This document shows, in pieces, positions 37,301 to 45,689 of a stretch of 46,273 nucleotides of DNA. The first letter of the stretch is position 1, and every line of letters begins with the position of its first letter. The notes under the pieces were generated by a model. It was not told the DNA's origin, did not search any database, and worked only from the letters and a program-made list of their open reading frames with translations. The DNA comes from Pseudomonadota bacterium (GTDB taxonomy: Bacteria; Bdellovibrionota_B; Oligoflexia; Silvanigrellales; Silvanigrellaceae). The stretch spans positions 1 to 46,273 of the forward strand of contig JBDLRP010000049.1 in NCBI GenBank assembly GCA_039799905.1, read 5' to 3'. The position numbers and the translations under genes were made by a program.

Positions 37301-37853
37301 CAGGCCTGAATAAACGGATCTTTTCGAGCGAATCGGCAAAGAATTCGCAACGCACTGGAAAGCGTTCTGCAGGTGTCCAGAAATCGAGGATGCCGCCGCG
37401 AATTGCGCATTCGCCAACCTCTTCGACCCGCTGAACAGTCTGATAACCAAGATTTACGAGCCGATCGAGCAATGCGTCCTGATCATGTTCGTCGCCCGTT
37501 TTAAGAAAAATTGTGTTGTCTGCAAACCAACCGGGCGCCGGAACGATGCGTAGCAAAGCCGGCGCCGAAACCACAAGACAGCGCACCTGCGCAGTCCGCA
37601 AAAGGTGCAGCGCGCCGAGTCTGCGGGCGAGTAGTCTACGCGCAGATTCGAAACGATAAACACCCGACTGAACAAAATTTGGCAAACCGACGATTTCATC
37701 GTGTGCGAGTGTCCGTCCCGCGAGCTGACGCAGACACTCTTCGGCCAACAGGGCGTCATTGTCGGTGGCCGTCAGGACCAGATGCAACTTTGCGGGCGAC
37801 CGGACGGCCTCATCAATGACGCCCGCAGCAAGGATCTCAAGATTCTTTTTCAT
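34290..37853 (-). CDS. mfd: Transcription-repair coupling factor
   Basis: GDLVVHVQHGIARF (RID), CGDVGFGKTEVAMRAA, DEEQRFG, SATPIPRT, QLRGRVGR, DLEMRGAGN. Confidence 0.98.
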   Translation of the reverse strand: MKKNLEILAAGVIDEAVRSPAKLHLVLTATDNDALLAEECLRQLAGRTLAHDEIVGLPNFVQSGVYRFESARRLLARRLGALHLLRTAQVRCLVVSAPALLRIVPAPGWFADNTIFLKTGDEHDQDALLDRLVNLGYQTVQRVEEVGECAIRGGILDFWTPAERFPVRCEFFADSLEKIRLFRPVDQRSFETRESIYVLPSREFVWPVEAQTVQWIERFNKAILGQGLQGSIRNDLLENVRCSIPFPGIDDLCPLFSDTKFIALKEFLGQTLDGERSGVQVHAIAEQEQILQGLREVTDLYESAWQAGYGKSYMTIKTEKLYPEAENFPQWLKANVTPETQGGRFSLPDSVAEKFTAAGKRKFSERLQLIRDALRDQPDLGCVVTSPTQDTCLEFAALLRAHLADSEKLRLIDAEIPIFSLTEFNGAVSAAKNSEWIARLAKFAAPFFLPAAKKIVLPEEWLRGVSKDHSLEIASEEDSRRASREATETLLTGQFGDFAEGDLVVHVQHGIARFRGLMTIKIMDISGDFLVLEYAGNDKIYVPVHKLSLVQRYIGAGKSDTAQLDSLKGTQWEKRKARAKEEAAKVAKELLEHQAKRATTPGHAYAGIEDNYLLFEAAFPYDETPDQLKATREIQADMSRPKAMDRLLCGDVGFGKTEVAMRAAYRAVLDGKQVSWLVPTTVLAHQHYRSLQERFGQFGVNVEILDRSSGSGGSAKVLKKLAEGGIDILVGTHRLLSPDVKFRDLGLLIVDEEQRFGVLQKEKIKTLSYGIDVLTMSATPIPRTLQMAMIGLRELSLLTTPPKARLAVKTFVCPFDENTIRDSIKYEMARAGQIFFVHNRVEDLPSVETYLKKLVPEARICIGHGKMGQKDLDKTIIEFIDQKYDVLLCTTIIESGIDMPNVNTIIVQDADHFGLSQLYQLRGRVGRRSTRGYAYFLMSPSAREEDEGVKRLEVLREHQELGSGFVIASQDLEMRGAGNIMGDDQSGRVTEVGLDTYMQMLDDAIRSIGGRKVRVLPEAEIQVPIEAQIPEDYVQNSRERLRLYRRFFGARNEDNLSALTLECADRFGPLPESVQNLADMARVRRWLMSFGGIGLNVSDDFTEIKISPEILQAREDHDAEAIVRRIFDVCNREVKGVRLTPDGRLLLPLKKRQFRAEFGQTGLADLKKYLTLFAGESYAGSQNQLKS

Positions 37854-38929
37854 TCAGAAATCCAATCAAACTCGCCCTTCTGGCCGCGGTTTAAAAGGTG
37901 CGTGACAGCATCGCGCACTGGTCGATTTTCATAGAGGACCTCGTAGGCCATGCGCAGAATCGGCGTGTCCAGTTTCAATTTCTCGCTGAGAAGAAATGCG
38001 CTGCGCGCCGTCGAGTAACCCTCAACCGTTTGGCCGATCTCGGCAAGTATTTCAGACATGCCGCGTTCATGGTGCTGGGCAATGGTCAAACCAAAACGCC
38101 GGTTGCGCGACAAGTCGCCTGTGCATGTCAGTATCAGGTCACCCAAGCCGCTCAAGCCTAAAAAGGTCATCGGATCGGCACCCAGCGCGACACCCATCTG
38201 AGCCATTTCCCCCAGTCCGCGGGTGACAACGGCGGCCCTCGCGTTATGACCGAGCTCAAGCCCGTCAACGACACCGGCAACGACAGCAATCACGTTTTTA
38301 ATGGCACCACCCAATTCGACCCCGACAACATCATCCGTTCCGTAAACGCGAAAATGAGGCCGGTGCAGAAGAGTTTCCGCCGCCCGACGAACATTTTCAT
38401 CTTTCGAGGCGGCGACGATTGCGGTGGGCAGGCCAGCCTGCAATTCTTTTGCAAAACTTGGTCCGCTGAGAATTCCGATGCCGGACGTTTGAGGTAGACG
38501 TTCGAAAAGAATTTCGTGCGGCAGTTTCAGAGTGCCGAGTTCGATACCCTTGGCAGCGCAGAGAACTGGAATTTTGTTGGACGGTTCAAGCACCGGCCAA
38601 AGTTCGTCGCGGCACCAATCAGCAACCTGACTCAAAGCTTGGCAGGGAACCGCCAGAATCAAAAGATCTGCACTCGAACCGCGCAGACTCTGCAGACTGG
38701 CGCGATCCATCCCGCTCAGGGTGAACCGCTCGCCCCCTGCAAATGCTTTGCGGGCATCTGCCAGCGCACTTTCGTCCAGCCCGAGTAAGGTGACGTTTGA
38801 ACCTGCCTGATGTGCACACGCGGCAAGCGCACGGCCAAAGACTCCGGGCCCGACGACGATAACATGAGCGCGCCCGCCCGATGCTTTTGGGGCTGAGCTG
38901 AATTGTTCCTCAGTTTGCATAGTCGTCAT
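37850..38929 (-). CDS. gpsA: NAD(P)H-dependent glycerol-3-phosphate dehydrogenase
   Basis: GPGVFG, KGIE, SGPSFA.E, GGAIKNVIA, GLGDLILTC..LSRNRRFG; AAGGAAG RBS before ATG 38929; ATGA overlap with mfd. Confidence 0.96.
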   Translation of the reverse strand: MTTMQTEEQFSSAPKASGGRAHVIVVGPGVFGRALAACAHQAGSNVTLLGLDESALADARKAFAGGERFTLSGMDRASLQSLRGSSADLLILAVPCQALSQVADWCRDELWPVLEPSNKIPVLCAAKGIELGTLKLPHEILFERLPQTSGIGILSGPSFAKELQAGLPTAIVAASKDENVRRAAETLLHRPHFRVYGTDDVVGVELGGAIKNVIAVVAGVVDGLELGHNARAAVVTRGLGEMAQMGVALGADPMTFLGLSGLGDLILTCTGDLSRNRRFGLTIAQHHERGMSEILAEIGQTVEGYSTARSAFLLSEKLKLDTPILRMAYEVLYENRPVRDAVTHLLNRGQKGEFDWISE

Positions 38930-39069
38930 CGGCGCTTCCTTTTCGTGGACGGGGAAATGCGAACTTAACATGGCCCCGGCCGTTCTAGAAAAGTGCCTGC
39001 TCGGGGTCAATCTTGACGACCCGCGAACAATCCCTGACACTTCCCTTCTCCTATTGACAGAGGTGCAGC

Positions 39070-40035
39070 ATGGATTTGAATCAATTGCGTGAGAACGCGC
39101 AGGAATTGCGGCGTTTGCTTGGCAGCAAAGTTCTCGGACAGCCGCAGGTCATCGATCTCGTCATCATGACCGTGCTCTGCGGAGGCCATGCCCTGCTGAC
39201 CGGTGCCCCCGGCGTTGCAAAAACAACACTCGTCCGTTCGCTCGCACAAGCACTTGGATGCGGCTACAAGCGCATTCAGTTCACACCCGACCTGACCCCT
39301 TTCGACATTTTGGGTGGCGATACCATTCAATTCGACGAAAAGAATCCTGACATCAAGAAAATCGCATTCGTTGCAGGTCCGATTTTTGCCCCATTCATAC
39401 TGGCAGACGAAATCAACCGCGCTTCACCCAGAACGCAATCCGCACTCCTTGAGGCCATGCAAGAGCGGCAGGTCAGCCTTGGCGGACAAACACGTCCACT
39501 TCCGCGGCCGTTTTTTGTATTCGCAACGCAGAACCCAATCGAAAACGAAGGAACCTTCCCTCTGCCGGAAGCACAGCTGGACCGCTTCCTCGTGAATATC
39601 GACGTCGGCTATCCGAATTTTGAAACCGAGTTGCAGGTTGCGGTCCTCTCTGCCGCAGAAAAGGAACTGAGCTCACTGCCGGCTGCCAATCTGGTGTTGA
39701 ACGCGCGTCCCGCCATCGAACAAATCCCCATGCAGCAGCAACTTCTTGAGGCCTGCGTGAGGCTTGTGCGCAACACCCGGCCGGCAGAAAGCAAACTCCA
39801 GCACATCAAGAACTACGTCGATTACGGCGCCAGCCCGCGTGCCTCGCAGTCGCTGGTTCTGGCAGCCAAGGCGGCAGCCTTCCTTGCGGGCGCGCAGCAA
39901 GTGGGCTGGGAGCACGTGGAACAGGTTGCGACAGCCGTCCTGCAGCACAGGCTTGTGCTTAACTTCAAGGCTGCAACCGACGGAATTCAGAGCAAAGATG
40001 TGTGCAAGATTCTGGTCGCAGAGAGCATCCTCTAA
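39070..40035 (+). CDS. MoxR-family AAA+ ATPase
   Basis: GAPGVAKT, RIQFTPDL.P.DI.G, ADEINRASPRTQSALLEAMQE, ATQNPIE.EGTFPLPEAQLDRF, GASPRA. Confidence 0.95.
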   Translation: MDLNQLRENAQELRRLLGSKVLGQPQVIDLVIMTVLCGGHALLTGAPGVAKTTLVRSLAQALGCGYKRIQFTPDLTPFDILGGDTIQFDEKNPDIKKIAFVAGPIFAPFILADEINRASPRTQSALLEAMQERQVSLGGQTRPLPRPFFVFATQNPIENEGTFPLPEAQLDRFLVNIDVGYPNFETELQVAVLSAAEKELSSLPAANLVLNARPAIEQIPMQQQLLEACVRLVRNTRPAESKLQHIKNYVDYGASPRASQSLVLAAKAAAFLAGAQQVGWEHVEQVATAVLQHRLVLNFKAATDGIQSKDVCKILVAESIL

Positions 40036-40152
40036 GACCTCATTAAATCTTGACACAGCCTAGTGATTGTGGTCCCTTCCGCAGATACGCGGCGAGCCGT
40101 ATTCCGAGCTTTTCGGTCGTTACGGACTGCTGACTGTGCGGGGACACTTTTT

Positions 40153-40659
40153 ATGTCTAAAATTCTTTCCGGCACTGTGACCGACACTCCTTTGCGTCCG
40201 GCGGACTCACGACAAGCCGGCGAAGCACTGCCCCGCCGCGACGAAAATCCCAACAACGAATCTGCTCGACTTATCGGCCAGCCCGAGGGGCCCTTTGGCA
40301 CCGCGGCAGTGGCAAAGCTCACCGTTCTGCTGCGCAGCTTAGGTGCTTCGCGTTTCTCAAAGTTTGAAACTCTGGAAATTGCCAAGCACGGAGTCTACAT
40401 CGCGTGTTCGAACCCCAAGCAGTTTCCCTTCCAAGTCAAAACAACGCTCCTTGAACTGCAGCTCTTTCTCGGTGATCCGGCCTCGCCCGCAACCCGAATT
40501 ATCAGGGCCATGGGACGCATCGAAGAAATTCGTCCGGCAGTCGACCTTCCGATACCCGCACCATCTGGATACGTGGTGCGCTTGGTACAGGTCGGCAACG
40601 ATGATTCAATCGCACTTGAAAAGTACGTCTACGAACATCTTCTCAGCGCGGCAATGTGA
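40153..40659 (+). CDS. PilZ-like domain protein (degenerate)
   Basis: T.EIAKHGVYI...LELQLFL...IRAMGRI...GYVVRLVQV follows the PilZ barrel pattern. Confidence 0.55.
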   Translation: MSKILSGTVTDTPLRPADSRQAGEALPRRDENPNNESARLIGQPEGPFGTAAVAKLTVLLRSLGASRFSKFETLEIAKHGVYIACSNPKQFPFQVKTTLLELQLFLGDPASPATRIIRAMGRIEEIRPAVDLPIPAPSGYVVRLVQVGNDDSIALEKYVYEHLLSAAM

Positions 40660-41681
40660 GCACTGACATGGTGCAATTTGTCCTTGATCTGCGCAGCGAT
40701 ACTTTGAGCCAACCCTCCGATGAAATGCGCAAAGCGATGTGCGCAGCCTCGGTGGGCGACGCCTTTTATGACGAAGATCCGACTGTCACACAGCTCGAAA
40801 AACACATTGCAGAAATTTTTGGCCACGAATCTGCATTGTTCGTACCCAGCGGCACGATGAGCAATCAGATTGCAGTGCAATTGCATTGCTCCGCGGGCGA
40901 CGGCCTGCTCAGCGCGCCCGATCTGCATGTGGTGAGAGTGGAAAGCGGCGCGCTCGCAGCTCTCGCCGGAGTCCAACCGGCGGCTGCACCTGTTGAGGAT
41001 GGCTTTCTGCCCCAACTTGATTTGCTCGATGAGCATTTCGTGCCGCACGACTCTATTGTGAGTCCGCCAACGCGCATGCTGGTTGCCGAGAACACTCATT
41101 TGTTCTCAGGCGGACGGATCCATCCTTTCAGTCACCTGCAGGCGTTGTCTGAATGGTGCAATGAGAGAAAGGTCGCGTTTCATTGCGACGGAGCGAGAAT
41201 CTGGCATGCCCACGTCGAAACGGGCATTGCGCTTTCGGCCTATGGCAGTTTGTTCAAGACTCTCTCAGTCTGTTTTTCGAAGGGGCTTGGTGCACCGGTC
41301 GGCAGCTGCCTGATAGGTCCGCGGCACATGATTCAAAAGGCAAAAATCATCCGCAAAAGAATGGGCGGAAGCATGCGCCAGTGCGGCATACTCGCTGCAG
41401 CGGCGCATTACGCGCTCACTCATCATCTGCAACCTCTGCGCGATGATCACCGCAATGCAAAAAAACTAGCGACGTGGCTGAGAAACAAGTATCCGCAAGC
41501 GCGTGTTGCAGAACCCGAAACAAATATTGTGCTGCTGAAATTCAACTCTCCGGCCGCTGAAATTCAGCGCGAGCTGGAAAGCGTTTATGGGCTGAGACTT
41601 TCAGCCCTCAACAGCAGAACTCTGCGTGCGGTCTGCTATCGGGACATCACTTCCGCTCAAATCAACTCGACAATTGTGTAA
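40656..41681 (+). CDS. ltaE: Low-specificity L-threonine aldolase
   Basis: DLRSDT, EDPTV, PSGTMSNQ, ENTH, HCDGAR, CFSKGLGAPVG, GGSMRQ.G. Confidence 0.95.
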   Translation: MSTDMVQFVLDLRSDTLSQPSDEMRKAMCAASVGDAFYDEDPTVTQLEKHIAEIFGHESALFVPSGTMSNQIAVQLHCSAGDGLLSAPDLHVVRVESGALAALAGVQPAAAPVEDGFLPQLDLLDEHFVPHDSIVSPPTRMLVAENTHLFSGGRIHPFSHLQALSEWCNERKVAFHCDGARIWHAHVETGIALSAYGSLFKTLSVCFSKGLGAPVGSCLIGPRHMIQKAKIIRKRMGGSMRQCGILAAAAHYALTHHLQPLRDDHRNAKKLATWLRNKYPQARVAEPETNIVLLKFNSPAAEIQRELESVYGLRLSALNSRTLRAVCYRDITSAQINSTIV

Positions 41682-42913
41682 TCCTTTTTGCCTTTGCGGA
41701 TGAGCAGACCGCCGCACTCCTGCTGAAAGTCTTTGGGCTGAAGTTTGTAGGCCACATCAGCACACTTTTCGCCGTTGAGCAGCAGACCGTTGCCCTGCAC
41801 GATTCTGCGCGCCTCACTTTTGCTCGGACAGACGCCCACTTTTGCGAGCAGCGTGACGACATCGAGTCCAACCTCAAGGTCGGCCGCCGGCAATTGCACG
41901 CGCGGCGCGGCAGACAGATCGCCGCCACCCTCAAACAGTGCGCGCGCTGCTGCAAGCGCCTTGTCAGCTTCCTCTTTGCCGTGGACAAGGTGGGTGACAT
42001 CCCACGCGAGACGCTCCTTGGCTTTGTTCGGATTGGCCCCCGCAGCGCACAACTCGGCAATTTCATGCATCGGCAAGAAGGTCAGCTGACGCAGGGTCTG
42101 CTCGACGTTCTCATCAGGAATGTTTCTTAGGTATTGGAAAAAATCATAAGGAGCCGTCATGGACGGATCCAGCCAGATGGCGTTGCCCGCGGTCTTGCCC
42201 AACTTGCGGCCTTGGGAATCCACAATCAGCGGCTGCGTGAAACAAAATGCCTGCTTGTGCTCAACGCGCCGGATGAGATCGACCCCACCTAGCAGATTCG
42301 ACCATTGATCGTTGCCGCCTGTCTGCAGAATGCAGCGATGGGTTCTGAACAGCTCGAGAAAATCATACGATTGCAGGAGCTGATAGCCCATTTCCATAAA
42401 TGTCAGACCGTGCTCGAGGCGAGACTTGTTGACGTCGGCAGACAACAATTTCGCAACCGTGAAGTGCACGCCAACATTGCGCGCAAATTCGAGCCATGTC
42501 ATCGGCCCAATCCAATCGATGTTATTTACAAACAGCGGAGCGTTGGGCACGTCAAAACGAAAGTAACGTTCAACCAGCTTCGTGAAGTTACGTATGTAAG
42601 CTGCGATGTCCTCTTTGCTGTTCATCTGCCGCATGTCGGTGCGGCCGGTCGGATCACCAATCAGGCCCGTGGCGCCGCCAAACAACACAATCGGCCGCAT
42701 CCCGTGGTCCTGCGCGCGGCGCAAGCCGAGAAGTGGCACCAAATGCCCAAGAGTCAGGCTCTTCGCAGTGGGATCGAATCCGCAATAGACGCCAGGGTAC
42801 GTCTGCGGGTTCTCTTTTTGCGCAGTCTTTAGTGCTTCGCTCAATGCTGGCCCATCATTTGTTTGCTCAATAAGCCCGCGTTCCTGCATATGCGTAAAAA
42901 AATCTGGGATCAT
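41657..42913 (-). CDS. tyrS: Tyrosine--tRNA ligase
   Basis: YCGFDPTA.SLTLGH, GGATGLIGDP, YQLLQSYDF, GGNDQW.N, KLGKT, C-terminal S4 domain; GGGAG RBS before ATG 42913. Confidence 0.97.
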   Translation of the reverse strand: MIPDFFTHMQERGLIEQTNDGPALSEALKTAQKENPQTYPGVYCGFDPTAKSLTLGHLVPLLGLRRAQDHGMRPIVLFGGATGLIGDPTGRTDMRQMNSKEDIAAYIRNFTKLVERYFRFDVPNAPLFVNNIDWIGPMTWLEFARNVGVHFTVAKLLSADVNKSRLEHGLTFMEMGYQLLQSYDFLELFRTHRCILQTGGNDQWSNLLGGVDLIRRVEHKQAFCFTQPLIVDSQGRKLGKTAGNAIWLDPSMTAPYDFFQYLRNIPDENVEQTLRQLTFLPMHEIAELCAAGANPNKAKERLAWDVTHLVHGKEEADKALAAARALFEGGGDLSAAPRVQLPAADLEVGLDVVTLLAKVGVCPSKSEARRIVQGNGLLLNGEKCADVAYKLQPKDFQQECGGLLIRKGKKDYTIVELI

Positions 42914-43014
42914 GGTGTCTCTCCCGAATGCCTGACCAATTGATCCCAGAGGCTTAATATTTAACGGCCTGATTGGCAAAGGACGGCGGATGCCGTCACG
43001 TGAGGGCACGGAGG

Positions 43015-43512
43015 CTAATCGCCTTTCAGCATCCTCGCGAGTGCGGCGAGGAATGAAGACTCCGTTCCCTGTGAAACGCTCTTTCCAGACGATTCTTTCA
43101 GCGCGTCCAATTGCAGTTGAATCTTTGAAATTTTTGATTGCGCGTCGATCTCGGCGGCAGAATCGTATTGAGTCAGGCGTTCAAGTTCGCCTCTGTCGAG
43201 CCAAAGGCCATGATGACGTGGGCACTGATCGATGACCACTCCCGAGTTGTAATCATAATTGACTGGATTCATCGCAGTTTGGCATTTGGGACAAAGCTCA
43301 ACCGAGTTGCGTTCCGGAACCGGAATGCCGGCAAACCTCTGCTCGAGAAGCGTTTTCAAATTCCCAATTGGCTGTTGCGCTGAGAAAGATTTTAAAAGCT
43401 GGATGATTTCGCCGTCATCCAGCCAAATTCCAGAACAACCCGAGCATCTGTCAATCGTGACTCCACGAACACTCTCGCTCACAAGCCTGCCTTGGCACCG
43501 AGGACAAATCAT
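43015..43512 (-). CDS. Tandem zf-TFIIB zinc-ribbon protein
   Basis: Two CPxC...IDxCxx(C/H)xGxWLDxGE repeats. Confidence 0.85.
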   Translation of the reverse strand: MICPRCQGRLVSESVRGVTIDRCSGCSGIWLDDGEIIQLLKSFSAQQPIGNLKTLLEQRFAGIPVPERNSVELCPKCQTAMNPVNYDYNSGVVIDQCPRHHGLWLDRGELERLTQYDSAAEIDAQSKISKIQLQLDALKESSGKSVSQGTESSFLAALARMLKGD

Positions 43513-43549
43513 AACCGTCAACCCCAACTCGAATGAGCACCCGCCCATC

Positions 43550-44089
43550 TTAGTCGATGATCACCGACCGCGCAGGACACCAGTCAATGGTTTGTTTCGT
43601 CCCGCCAAAATAGGGATAAGCGAGTCCGCGTGTAATGAGTTCCTGCGACACACTGACATCATCGACCCGAACATCAGCCAAAATGCGGAAGTACTTGTCG
43701 CGTTGGACTTTGTGCAATTCGAGTTTTTTTCCGCGCAGCAGCATTGCCCTGACAAACTTTTGTGCAACCAGCGCCGCCTCATGCTCGCAGGCATCCCGCG
43801 AATACAACTCTGGCGTGTCGACGCCAAAGATCCGAACAGACACTTTTTGACCGAACAATGGATGAACATCCGGGATCGAAACCGTCAGGGTGTCACCATC
43901 GTGATTATAGAGGAACTTCACACAGCGGAACGAAGTGGGCGTGTGCTGGCAATCGGTGGCAACCTCAACCGGATTTTGATTGGCAGGGTGAGTACCGATC
44001 GAAGCGGGAACCGTCAGGAAGGTTGCTTGAGCAAATGCAGGCAACAATGCAAGGGCGAGCGACAGCAACTTGAATGGCGTCTTCGTCAT
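43550..44089 (-). CDS. Secreted thermonuclease (SNase) family protein
   Basis: Signal peptide ending AQA; DGDT, VRIFGVDTPE, RDKYFRILA, LITRGLA; GGAGG RBS. Confidence 0.92.
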   Translation of the reverse strand: MTKTPFKLLSLALALLPAFAQATFLTVPASIGTHPANQNPVEVATDCQHTPTSFRCVKFLYNHDGDTLTVSIPDVHPLFGQKVSVRIFGVDTPELYSRDACEHEAALVAQKFVRAMLLRGKKLELHKVQRDKYFRILADVRVDDVSVSQELITRGLAYPYFGGTKQTIDWCPARSVIID

Positions 44090-44188
44090 GCGGCATTCCC
44101 TCCGGAATAATGTTGGAGCCCACGATACGTGTACCCCGTTTATTGTGTTCTGGACACCATGCCTAACACCGGTTGACTGACCGGTCAA

Positions 44189-44902
44189 TTAAATTCTCTG
44201 CTGAAGTGGAATCTTTTCCAAGCTGCAGAAATCATCTGAAAAATGCTCTATCGCCCGCTCCTTAAAGTAGCTCTCGCATTGCTCAACGAGATCTTGGCTG
44301 GAGCCAGCGTACCCCAACCGCCGCAGCGACGTGAGGAACTCGTCGTGCGAGCGCCCCTGACGGTAATCCGGTTCGCGGCTGGGATGCTGCAGAACGCGGC
44401 TGATTTGCTCAAAGTCAGGATCAACCAACAGGCTTCCCTGATAAACAACGAGATGCTTGCGCCGGAACAGGCTTGTGCCGGCAATCTTTTTGTCGCCCAC
44501 GGCCAAATCTGAATGTCCGCGCATCACAACACCGGAGATCCCCTGTGCCGCCAGCGCAGCCGCCCACAAACCATTAATAAGCTCAAAATACCTCTGATTT
44601 GAAAAGATATCTTTAGCAAAAAAAGCAAAGGTCAAAACAACACAACCCGGCCCGAGCAAAACAGTTCCGCCGCCCCCGCGCCGCTGCAGGACGGGAATAT
44701 CCTCGCGCCGACAGGCCTCTTCGAAGGTTTCTCGTCCGGCACTGTTCGAACTCGACAGCACAACGGCGCTCCGGCGTGTTTCGAAAAAACGAAACAGAAT
44801 CCGCTGATGCGTTTGCGCTCCTGCAAATTGCGGCCAGCTTTTGAATGGCTGATGAAGCACCCAATTATCCATCCACACGGCGCGCCGATTCTCCATTTTC
44901 AA
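44189..44902 (-). CDS. Lipoate-protein ligase (BPL/LplA/LipB) family protein, catalytic domain only
   Basis: RRGGGGTV, SDLAVGDKKIAGTS, YQGSLL. Confidence 0.88.
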   Translation of the reverse strand: MKMENRRAVWMDNWVLHQPFKSWPQFAGAQTHQRILFRFFETRRSAVVLSSSNSAGRETFEEACRREDIPVLQRRGGGGTVLLGPGCVVLTFAFFAKDIFSNQRYFELINGLWAAALAAQGISGVVMRGHSDLAVGDKKIAGTSLFRRKHLVVYQGSLLVDPDFEQISRVLQHPSREPDYRQGRSHDEFLTSLRRLGYAGSSQDLVEQCESYFKERAIEHFSDDFCSLEKIPLQQRI

Positions 44903-44913
44903 GAATTTTTAAT

Positions 44914-45588
44914 TTATTGCCCGACCGCCTCGAAAGCCTCCAGAAGCTGGGCGTGCGTCAGGCTTTGCACATGCGGCTGCGCAGTTTCGAGACCGTCGTT
45001 GTAGCGCGTGCGCATCCAAACAGCCGCGCAACCGGCGGCGGCAGCTGCCTGCAGCCCACGGTTGGAGTCTTCGAGCACGAGTGCACGCCCGGGTGCGCAT
45101 CCGAGTTGAGCAAGAGCATGCAAAAAAATGTCGGGTGCGGGCTTTTTTCTCAGGTTGGGCTGTTTTCCGACAATCAGATCGAGCTCGGCGGTCGGGAATC
45201 CCGCAGATGCCAAGACAACACGAATTTCTTCTTGAGAACTGTTGCTGGCAATTGCCACTTTGGCGCCGCGCGAGCGCATGTGACGAATGATGGGGAGGGT
45301 TTCCGCAAAACAAAGCACGTGGCCCTGACGGATCAACCGCGCGTAGGCTTCGGACTTGTTGCGAATAATCTCTTCTTCAGTCACGGGAAGGCGATGTTGG
45401 GCAATTTCTCTGCCTGTTCCATCGCCCAGATGAGTGAACGAGGGGTAGTACTCTGACTCGGAAAGCGTGTGGCCGACGTTTGCGAATGCCTCACGGTAGG
45501 CCAGAAAATGCAACTTTTCGGTGTCGGCAAAACACCCGTCGAAGTCCCAAAGATAGCACTCTGCCGACAATATAAGTTCAACAGACAT
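44914..45588 (-). CDS. HAD-family phosphatase (subfamily IA, beta-PGM-like)
   Basis: DFDGCFADTE, ASNS, KPAPDIF, EDS..G..AA; GGAG RBS before ATG 45588. Confidence 0.9.
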   Translation of the reverse strand: MSVELILSAECYLWDFDGCFADTEKLHFLAYREAFANVGHTLSESEYYPSFTHLGDGTGREIAQHRLPVTEEEIIRNKSEAYARLIRQGHVLCFAETLPIIRHMRSRGAKVAIASNSSQEEIRVVLASAGFPTAELDLIVGKQPNLRKKPAPDIFLHALAQLGCAPGRALVLEDSNRGLQAAAAAGCAAVWMRTRYNDGLETAQPHVQSLTHAQLLEAFEAVGQ

Positions 45589-45689
45589 CAGACCTGCGCC
45601 TCCCGTTCTTGCACAGGAGTATACCCAAACGTATAGTCCCGCAACGCAACGCGCAGCCGAGCTCGCGTCAGCCAACGGAAAGGTACCAG

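Noticed and set aside
39070..40035. CbbQ-like activase for the RLP
   Set aside because: Sequence is MoxR-proper type, lies 30 kb away, and has no CbbO partner
42914..43014. T-box leader for tyrS
   Set aside because: Only about 100 nt and no T-box consensus; just a small GACGGC/GCCGTC hairpin
43015..44089. Nuclease plus zinc-ribbon pair as a toxin-immunity or defence system
   Set aside because: Both are common stand-alone families; no mobile or defence context; the nuclease has an ordinary signal peptide
43259..44110. 283-aa plus-strand ORF
   Set aside because: Antisense to two well-supported genes and has no recognisable features
44914..45588. HAD phosphatase as the missing MtnX
   Set aside because: Motifs are subfamily IA beta-PGM-like (KPAPD, EDS) rather than MtnX-like, and it lies 35 kb from the operon
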